Positions 1 to 5,599 of a stretch of DNA of 6,075 bases are shown piece by piece. Every line of letters begins with the position of its first letter. Within the stretch, counting starts at the first letter, position 1. The position numbers and the translations under genes are program-made. The notes under the pieces were generated by a model, which was not told the DNA's origin, did no database searches, and saw nothing but the letters and a program-made list of their open reading frames with translations. This stretch comes from a virus. The DNA lies in the IMG/VR virus record IMGVR_UViG_3300020030_000065, positions 1 to 6,075 of that record; one strand, given 5' to 3'.

Positions 1-121
1 AATAGCCGATACAACTTATTAATATAAGATTTAATATCGACATCAGAAGAACTGTTACAGAGCCGAGTAAGGCACCGAGCATTATGTAATATAATTTCGT
101 CTTCATTGGTTAGGTGATGAT
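1..121. repeat. Terminal direct repeat, copy 1 (identical to 5955-6075); assembly overlap of a circular 5954-bp genome
   Basis: Base-by-base comparison shows 1-121 equals 5955-6075 with no mismatch, and the identity runs exactly to the window end. The offset is 5954. Confidence 0.95.
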
Positions 122-1325
122 TTAATGTAAGATACTGATAATAAGCACGAGTCACAGAAAGAATAGAATCGGAATCATAATCTATAATACCGAACCTTGC
201 CATTCTTTTCGGCGCGTCTGCAACAGCTCGAATAATTCTAGCAATCGCAACAGCATCGTCATAGCGAGCACTTGGGAATCGGGGCAATAAGGTACGGATA
301 TACGACATGGGGGGAGTTGATTTAACACTAATTCCATTGAAGTTATAGATTCGTCCATTAATGACAGAATCGATTTTTTGCTCGATCGCGTGATAAGGGT
401 CTTCATTCTGGTCGAAAACCTCACCCTTTTCAAAGAATCCAAGAGACGCTCTTTGCCTGGGTCTAAATGCGCGGCATGATCGATATAATAGGGGAGCAGA
501 ACTAAGGCTGTTAACGTAACTCGCAACGTACGAAGCAGCTCCACCGCGGGCAAGCTGGAAATCTGTACGACCGAGTTTCCAACTCTTATCGTGACACTGT
601 CGTAATACCTCTGAGACTTCTCTCGAGTTCGTGAATAATAAGATATGATAATGCGGGCGGAAATGGACTGGGGCATATTCACCCACAGCGTAGAAATGTA
701 GCGATTCATAAGTACCCAATTGTTGAAATAAATGTTTACGTAATCGTTTAATATAGTTCTGAACATCAACATAATTTAAGAATGGTATAAGGTTATTAAT
801 ACCATATTGTTCAGCAGCGGGATATACCGAATTGTCGACGGCCTGCGATTTATGGATAAAACTACGAATAGCATCCATACTAAGAAACCAATTGTCCTTA
901 GCAGGAACATATTTCTTAATTTCACGGTCATACGGCACCGTGCCTTGAACCTGCGTGAAGAATATATGACGCAATTGGGAAGAATCCTCAGGTTGATACT
1001 CAGAAACAGGGATATAAGAGTGGCATTCATAACCGAATACTTTATCTCCTGAAATGCTTAGAGTGTCTTCATAATCACTATGCAGAACCTCACAATTCAT
1101 CAGAGGGATATGTTCATTAGCATAAGTAAGCGTCACAAAATAAGAATACTTGAAAGCACTTCCAGCGGTCTTCACGCGCATGGACGCTTTTTTAGAACGC
1201 TTATGAATACAGTAATCACATTGACCGCAATCTACGGCAATACGTGCACCAGTGTAACGATTAGTTATGAAAGAACGATGCTGACAATGATCGACAGCTT
1301 TAAGCAAATCAGGAGTAAATTTCAT
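1..1325 (-). CDS. VP4: Replication initiation protein (Microviridae VP4, HUH rolling-circle endonuclease), N-terminal 441 codons. The ORF leaves the left edge and continues in frame at 5954 down to 5600, for 559 aa in total.
   Basis: Not in the ORF track because there is no in-window stop. Hand translation from the ATG at 1325-1323 gives MKFTPDLLKAVDHCQHRSFITNRYTGARIAVDCGQCDYCIHKRSK... with no stop down to position 1. It contains a Cys cluster CGQCDYC (1209-1229), motif I FVTLTY (1122-1139), HUH motif HYHILLF (633-653) and a Tyr motif YVASYV (513-530). The frame joins exactly to track ORF 5600-5968 (...KLYRLFLHVSK...). Confidence 0.92.
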   Translation of the reverse strand, partial: MKFTPDLLKAVDHCQHRSFITNRYTGARIAVDCGQCDYCIHKRSKKASMRVKTAGSAFKYSYFVTLTYANEHIPLMNCEVLHSDYEDTLSISGDKVFGYECHSYIPVSEYQPEDSSQLRHIFFTQVQGTVPYDREIKKYVPAKDNWFLSMDAIRSFIHKSQAVDNSVYPAAEQYGINNLIPFLNYVDVQNYIKRLRKHLFQQLGTYESLHFYAVGEYAPVHFRPHYHILLFTNSREVSEVLRQCHDKSWKLGRTDFQLARGGAASYVASYVNSLSSAPLLYRSCRAFRPRQRASLGFFEKGEVFDQNEDPYHAIEQKIDSVINGRIYNFNGISVKSTPPMSYIRTLLPRFPSARYDDAVAIARIIRAVADAPKRMARFGIIDYDSDSILSVTRAYYQYLTLNHHLTNEDEIILHNARCLTRLCNSSSDVDIKSYINKLYRL

Positions 1326-1327
1326 AA

Positions 1328-1636
1328 TTATTTACGTTTATCAATCACTTGGTAGCGATTACGCGGGCCAAATGAAATATGAATAAATGTAGGATAAATA
1401 ATAAGTTGATCAAAACGACACATATTATCAGCATAATTATGGATCATTTCAAGCAGCTTATTGAAACTAGTATTGCCATAAGGTTTAATGTCAATAGCCT
1501 CACCCGTCAAATGCTGAGAATTAGGAACACCATTACAAGCCTTATTCTGTTCCGGAGTACGTCTGGCACTCGTCACAGTGAAATGAACGTTAGAGAACAA
1601 CAGATACTCAAGAAAATGCATAAGAGAATAATTCAT
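1328..1636 (-). CDS. Zinc D-Ala-D-Ala carboxypeptidase-like peptidoglycan hydrolase (peptidase M15 / LAS superfamily); putative endolysin, 102 aa
   Basis: SQHLTGEAID (1490-1519) matches the M15 signature SxHxxGxAxD exactly. Upstream TSARRTPEQN resembles the SGYR(S/T)xxxN box, and a C-terminal His lies in FIHIS (His codon 1379-1381). There is no signal peptide or TM segment. The start overlaps the upstream ORF's stop (ATGA at 1633-1636), and the stop lies 2 nt before the Rep ATG. Confidence 0.8.
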   Translation of the reverse strand: MNYSLMHFLEYLLFSNVHFTVTSARRTPEQNKACNGVPNSQHLTGEAIDIKPYGNTSFNKLLEMIHNYADNMCRFDQLIIYPTFIHISFGPRNRYQVIDKRK

Positions 1637-1716
1637 AATCCAATAGCATTAAGAATATAACCAAGAGCAGCGGAAACAGCACCAATTACAATTTTCCAAA
1701 TATTATTACTTTTCAT
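1633..1716 (-). CDS. 27-aa single-pass membrane peptide MKSNNIWKIVIGAVSAALGYILNAIGL; holin-like lysis-accessory candidate
   Basis: This is the C-terminal part of track ORF 1633-1857, starting at the internal ATG 1716-1714. By my count 19 of 27 codons end in T, matching the bias in VP1. The T periodicity sits in this frame only downstream of the ORF64 stop. The peptide has a short polar N-terminus followed by a ~22-residue hydrophobic stretch. Its stop overlaps the peptidase start (ATGA). Confidence 0.55.
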   Translation of the reverse strand: MKSNNIWKIVIGAVSAALGYILNAIGL

Positions 1717-1900
1717 CGGCTTGAGTTTTAAGTTCAACAAAATTATTTTCTTCTTTAATCGAATCCACAACAACAATAAGACCCAGCGGAGAAACTCGCT
1801 CAGAATAGTTTCCAAGACCGTCAAGAGAATTGACGATATAAGGCGGTATAACATCACGACCAGTGGTTTTTTCTTTTAAGGAAATAATAAATTTCTGCAT
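1706..1900 (-). CDS. Hypothetical 64-aa soluble protein, the first gene after the non-coding region
   Basis: Track ORF with an ATG start. By my count 33 of 64 codons end in T, as in VP1, which supports this frame over the overlapping 74-aa frame. I recognise no family motif. Confidence 0.6.
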   Translation of the reverse strand: MQKFIISLKEKTTGRDVIPPYIVNSLDGLGNYSERVSPLGLIVVVDSIKEENNFVELKTQADEK

Positions 1901-1950
1901 AATTGTAAGATTTTAATATTAATAAACTAATGAGTTTGGTTTCTACGGAG

Positions 1951-1981
1951 CAAAGGAAAGTATAATTTTTGAATAAACAAA
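1951..1981 (-). promoter_or_regulatory. Candidate Bacteroidota-type promoter: TTTG (-33) then 19 nt then TTccTTTG (-7-like)
   Basis: The sense strand reads TTTG at 1981-1978 and TTCCTTTG at 1958-1951. The published Bacteroides consensus is TTTG-N19-21-TAnnTTTG, so there is one mismatch (T for A). It lies about 50 nt upstream of the ORF64 ATG, in the only sizeable AT-rich non-coding stretch. Confidence 0.25.
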
Positions 1982-2039
1982 ATATTTCGGAGTTTTTTTT
2001 TATTCTACGGTTAGGGTGTGAGTTGTGCGTTTATAGACA

Positions 2040-2288
2040 AGGGGGGGCCGAATTTGAGATGATAACTCAAATTTCCTCCGGACACAACTAGGGGCTTCGC
2101 TTGAATAACATAGGGGGTATAGGCACGGCAAGTCAAGTCTGTCTTGCCTTTGCGCACCTACGTGCTAAAATACCGGAGCGGAACGCTCCTCTAGGGAAGT
2201 CGCTCCGCTCCATTTTATACCAGGCCCTACGCGGGCGGCGGGTGTATATCGCTCCAGAGCCGCGATGGGCTCTTAGTCCTGAAGAATG
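2040..2288. other. G+C-rich, hairpin-dense non-coding element (structured RNA and/or ssDNA origin/terminator region)
   Basis: All three sense frames are closed. I hand-counted about 55% G+C over 2041-2280, against a visibly AT-rich genome. Hairpins: 2051-2058/2066-2073 (8 bp), 2127-2132/2143-2148 (6 bp), 2175-2180/2184-2189 (6 bp, GAA loop), 2224-2227/2233-2236 (4 bp), 2256-2261/2268-2273 (6 bp). Possible long-range pairs: 2044-2049/2223-2228 and 2076-2081/2173-2178. Homopolymers: G7 at 2041-2047 and G5 at 2114-2118. Confidence 0.6.
2051..2073. repeat. Perfect 8-bp inverted repeat with a 7-nt loop (aatttgag-atgataa-ctcaaatt)
   Basis: Read directly from the sequence. An AT-rich stem is flanked by G7CCG on one side and CCTCCGG on the other. 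On the sense strand the loop reads TTATCAT. Confidence 0.85.
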
Positions 2289-3392
2289 CTAGTAACCAAT
2301 ACCATTAGCACCATTATAAATAGTAGTGTTACGAGGGCCGTAATCATTACGGAAAATCTGAGCACCAGGACGCATAGCTCCAATTATATTACCAGCGCCT
2401 TGAAAAATACGAGATGCGTAATCTATAGCATTACGAAGGCCGTAAGAATCAAAATCCTTCTTAGCGTTACCGGCAGACCATCTGTAATAGTCCCGGATAG
2501 CTTTATCCTTAGAATATTGCATATTCTTACGGTTGTTTACATTTTTGTAATCCCATAGAGAATCGTAATATTGCGTATAGTAACCCATATTCGTAGCAGA
2601 TATTAGAGCATCAGCAGTGTCAGAAGCAATTTCATTAGAAATACGCTGACCTTGTGTCTGAGCAGCAATCTGGAGTGCACGCTGAATCTCAGTTTGGACC
2701 TGTTTTTCGGTTAAAGCACCTTGTTGAACAAGATTGTAGAGATACTGAGCTTTTGTAAGAAGATCCGCTTGCTGTTGGGCGTCCATATACTTATTTAATA
2801 TAGCCTGAGCATCAGCCTGTAGGTAAATATGCGATGTCTGAGCCGCAGTCAACTTACCAGCAGCAACAGCATTCTCAAGTTCCTGACGTTCTCTAGACTG
2901 GTCCAATTCAGCAGAAATACGACCAGTATTAGAATCCCAATAACCAGACTCACCAACACCAATATTCTTGTAATTAGTGTCTCCTATAATTTTTTTAGCT
3001 AAGAGGGGGGTAAGAGTCTCAACCTGATTAGACTCAGTAATAGCCTTCCGAGCCTGAGCAAATGTTGCCAATGCAGAATCAATACCAGATAAATCTACAT
3101 GGACACCTTGCATAGCAGGAGTAGAGGGAATAGTAGCCTGAGGAGAAGAACCAGGAGAAGCAGAAGCACCCGCACCAGTCGAACTAACAAATGGATTCAA
3201 ACCGCGGACAATCTGAGCAGCAGGAGAATTGTACTGATTCTGATAATCAACCATATACTTTTGCCATTGCCGAGACAACTGGGCTTCATTCTGGGCAGCT
3301 ACACGGTTCTGTGTAGCGATTAATTCATTTGTCGCATTCGCATTGGACTGCGACATAGAATTAATCATGCTACCCAATATTGAACCAATCAT
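2289..3392 (-). CDS. VP2: Minor capsid / DNA pilot protein VP2, 367 aa
   Basis: Track ORF. It lies downstream of the capsid gene. The N-terminal region QNRVAAQNEAQLSRQWQKYMVDYQNQYNSPAAQIVRGLNPF resembles the conserved Q/N-rich ...GLNP segment of microvirus pilot proteins. A G/A/S/P linker and Q-rich helical repeats follow. The start overlaps the upstream stop (ATGA at 3389-3392). Confidence 0.82.
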   Translation of the reverse strand: MIGSILGSMINSMSQSNANATNELIATQNRVAAQNEAQLSRQWQKYMVDYQNQYNSPAAQIVRGLNPFVSSTGAGASASPGSSPQATIPSTPAMQGVHVDLSGIDSALATFAQARKAITESNQVETLTPLLAKKIIGDTNYKNIGVGESGYWDSNTGRISAELDQSRERQELENAVAAGKLTAAQTSHIYLQADAQAILNKYMDAQQQADLLTKAQYLYNLVQQGALTEKQVQTEIQRALQIAAQTQGQRISNEIASDTADALISATNMGYYTQYYDSLWDYKNVNNRKNMQYSKDKAIRDYYRWSAGNAKKDFDSYGLRNAIDYASRIFQGAGNIIGAMRPGAQIFRNDYGPRNTTIYNGANGIGY

Positions 3393-3832
3393 TGAGCACT
3401 AGAGGCAGATGCGGGATCCGTAGACGGCGCTGCCTTATTCTCTGCCAGCATAGACTCAGCAATAGCGGATAATTCTGACTTCTCGCTAGCCAATTGCCGT
3501 AAAACAGCTTGTCTTTCAGACATCGTCTGACAATGCCGAGAAATGACACAGTCAAACCGTTCCTCATCTGTCATACTATCCATAGTAGTAGACTGAGTAG
3601 GATGCATTTGAGCTAAGATATTATTCACATTCATATCTCCAAGAAGACGACGATACTTCTCCTGGTTAAGGAGAATAGAAGTCATATCCATATACATATA
3701 CGAGCCGTCGGACAATTCCTCCAGCATAACCGAATCATATACACTAGCTTCATAACAGGGATTTCCCTCAATCAATTCAGGAGTAACACTATCCTGTTCA
3801 AACTCAGGATTTACATAAGCAAAATTTCTCAT
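3389..3832 (-). CDS. Acidic, Met-rich 147-aa protein between VP1 and VP2; internal scaffolding (VP3-like) candidate by position only
   Basis: The track ORF 3389-3844 begins at a TTG. The first ATG is at 3832-3830 (MRNFAYVNPEF...), 12 nt after the VP1 stop. The size and acidity fit a scaffold, but I do not see the conserved gokushovirus VP3 motifs. Confidence 0.55.
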   Translation of the reverse strand: MRNFAYVNPEFEQDSVTPELIEGNPCYEASVYDSVMLEELSDGSYMYMDMTSILLNQEKYRRLLGDMNVNNILAQMHPTQSTTMDSMTDEERFDCVISRHCQTMSERQAVLRQLASEKSELSAIAESMLAENKAAPSTDPASASSAQ

Positions 3833-3844
3833 AACGACACACAA

Positions 3845-5584
3845 TTAATAAGGTAAACCATTTCTATCCAAGTTCTGTACAGCATACACTTGGAAGTTAA
3901 CATTACATAATAACTGGTCATAAGCCACATTATAATTACTAGTAGTAATCTGCGGCTCAAATATAGAATTCAGCTGTTGAGGACGAATCTTAAATGACTG
4001 ATAACTCAATGAAGACTGACCAGAAACCTGAACCTGAGAACCTTGAAGCGGAGCAGCCCAAGACTGATAAGCAGCAGCAGGACGAAATGCACCATGAACC
4101 GTGTCAACAGCAGATTTCCACTGCCAATAGCGAAGATTATAACCAATATTGCCAGTAGGAGAGGACGGACTATTATTAAGCGCCAGAGAAGGAACAGGCT
4201 GCATACCTAACTGGTCGAATGCAGGTTGGGGGAAGTCAGAAACAGACGTACATAGCAACTGAGGATTATGACCTTTAAGCGACCAGTCGAGCAGAGGAAC
4301 AGCATGATAAACACACATAATTACCTGATGCTCAGCACCACAATCATAATTAATAACATGACCAGACTTAGAGTCAACACCTTTACCAGCGATAACAGCT
4401 TGAGAGTTATCAGCAGTCAAGTTAGTATTCAAAACCTCATTAATATTGATAACATTAGACCAACCTCCAATATAGTGGGCATGGTTACCCATGTATTCAG
4501 GGGCTTTAATGCCAAACTGAGCAGCCATCTGGTCTGAATAATCCTTACTACTAAATTGTACTACTTCTTTCCAGCGCTGTAAGTATTCAGTTGCACGGAT
4601 TGAGAGAGCGGATAGGTCAGAGTTAACCTGTAAACCACGAATAGAAGTATAAGCGCTAGAAGTAACAACATTTGTAGTATTAGCAGGATTGTTAACAGCA
4701 GAATTAGTACCACCAATAACACCAGAAGAAGCAATCACGCGGGAAGAAGGCTCAGACGACATTTGAGAAGAAGGCAGAACAGCTACCGAGCCATACTGAG
4801 AAGCGGGAAGCACGCCGAGGAAATAATCCTTAGGATAGTTCGCATAGCGCAACTTAATCATATCGGCAGAAATCTCAACAGAACTCCCGCCGTCCCAATA
4901 ATCGACATTATAAGAATAAGCCAAATGTTTTTCCCACTGAGAATTGGAGAAGAAATCGAAGTAGATTTTCTGATAGGCAAAAATAGGAAGAAGGTTCAAA
5001 TTAATAGAAGTACCGTAAATAAGTGGATTCTGAGAATCCGACAACGAAGTGGTATCAAGACCAAGATACTGCATGGTAATATCTTTCTTTTTAGCATTTC
5101 CAGTACCAATAAATGAACCATAACCAAGCATATCCAATAGCTTACAAGAGCCGTAGGCGAAGCCAAAACCAGCGTCATCAACAGTATTAGCAGTTACACG
5201 AGCCTGGATTTCAGCAGATATATTACCAACCGGAGCATAGGGAACACTAGATAACTGTGATGTATTAGCAGAATTAGAAGCAGCAGAAGTCATATAGTCC
5301 GACATCTGGGTAAATGCCTGTGGGAGCGCACGAGAAATCAGTCGTAACGGCACAGCGTAGAAGTCATAATATTCCTTGATACGCGTATAAGCAGCCGTAT
5401 TCACGGGGACAGTACGGGTAAACCAGTCAGAAGAAATACGATACTTAGTACCAGGAATGGCAATCTGCCAATAGCACGGAAGAATTTCTCCGATTTTTGC
5501 CGTAAACAATTTTTTACTAGACAAATCAAAGGAAGAGCGATGTACGGCAACTCTCGCTCGGTCTAGTGGGTTAAAATCACTCAT
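3845..5584 (-). CDS. VP1: Major capsid protein VP1 (Microviridae F-like jelly-roll capsid), 579 aa
   Basis: Track ORF. The N-terminus ...VHRSSFDLSSKKLFTAKIGEILPCYWQIAIPGTKYRIS matches the hallmark microvirus capsid start (H/QRS.FDLS....T...G.L.P.....LPG). The C-terminus ...NFQVYAVQNLDRNGLPY is typical. An S/T/N-rich insertion spans aa 271-323. Confidence 0.97.
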   Translation of the reverse strand: MSDFNPLDRARVAVHRSSFDLSSKKLFTAKIGEILPCYWQIAIPGTKYRISSDWFTRTVPVNTAAYTRIKEYYDFYAVPLRLISRALPQAFTQMSDYMTSAASNSANTSQLSSVPYAPVGNISAEIQARVTANTVDDAGFGFAYGSCKLLDMLGYGSFIGTGNAKKKDITMQYLGLDTTSLSDSQNPLIYGTSINLNLLPIFAYQKIYFDFFSNSQWEKHLAYSYNVDYWDGGSSVEISADMIKLRYANYPKDYFLGVLPASQYGSVAVLPSSQMSSEPSSRVIASSGVIGGTNSAVNNPANTTNVVTSSAYTSIRGLQVNSDLSALSIRATEYLQRWKEVVQFSSKDYSDQMAAQFGIKAPEYMGNHAHYIGGWSNVININEVLNTNLTADNSQAVIAGKGVDSKSGHVINYDCGAEHQVIMCVYHAVPLLDWSLKGHNPQLLCTSVSDFPQPAFDQLGMQPVPSLALNNSPSSPTGNIGYNLRYWQWKSAVDTVHGAFRPAAAYQSWAAPLQGSQVQVSGQSSLSYQSFKIRPQQLNSIFEPQITTSNYNVAYDQLLCNVNFQVYAVQNLDRNGLPY

Positions 5585-5599
5585 AATTAATAATTTAAA

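Noticed and set aside
12-40. caacttattaatataagat... resembles the phiX174 origin core CAACTTGATATTAATAAC
   Set aside because: It lies on the window plus strand, which is the complement of the gene-sense (packaged) strand, so Rep should not nick it. It lacks the TG/ATA nick context and is low-complexity AT-rich sequence. Its position at the contig end is arbitrary.
182-1030. Track ORFs 182-772 (196 aa) and 776-1030 (84 aa) on the minus strand, which appear to be the genes of this region
   Set aside because: Both are off-frame shadows of Rep. The real frame carries the HUH and Tyr motifs and is open throughout. Genes here strongly prefer T at codon position 3, and in the 182-772 frame that T falls at position 2. 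That produces L/I/V/F/M-rich pseudo-proteins with few stops.
1633-1857. The full 74-aa version of the small membrane ORF (two hydrophobic segments, class II holin-like)
   Set aside because: Its N-terminal 47 codons overlap ORF64 in the frame where ORF64's T-ending third positions become second positions, which again gives artefactual hydrophobicity. The genuine third-position T bias appears in this frame only after the ORF64 stop. I therefore call only 1633-1716, from the internal ATG.
2106-2158. Xer/dif-like words on the sense strand: GGTGCGCA (XerC-arm-like, 2158-2151) and TATGTTA (XerD-arm-like, 2112-2106). These are relevant because Bacteroidota microvirus prophages are thought to integrate via dif.
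   Set aside because: The two half-sites are about 38 nt apart instead of 6. A 28-mer aligned on the XerD-like arm matches E. coli dif at only about 10 positions. The host dif would also differ from that of E. coli. This is worth re-testing only against the actual host dif sequence.
2101-2292. Plus-strand 63-aa ORF inside the G+C-rich element
   Set aside because: It starts at a TTG and lies on the strand opposite every real gene. Its R/G/A/P-rich composition simply reflects the G+C content, and no motif is evident. The open frame is probably a by-product of the scarcity of stop codons in GC-rich sequence.
807-5116. Other plus-strand ORFs (807-1052, 1080-1355, 1379-1660, 2286-2558, 3099-3323, 4268-4537, 4763-5116) and minor minus off-frame ORFs (3370-3567, 4996-5181, 5653-5847)
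   Set aside because: All lie entirely inside well-supported genes, either antisense or off-frame. They have odd compositions and no recognisable motifs. Microviruses transcribe one strand only.
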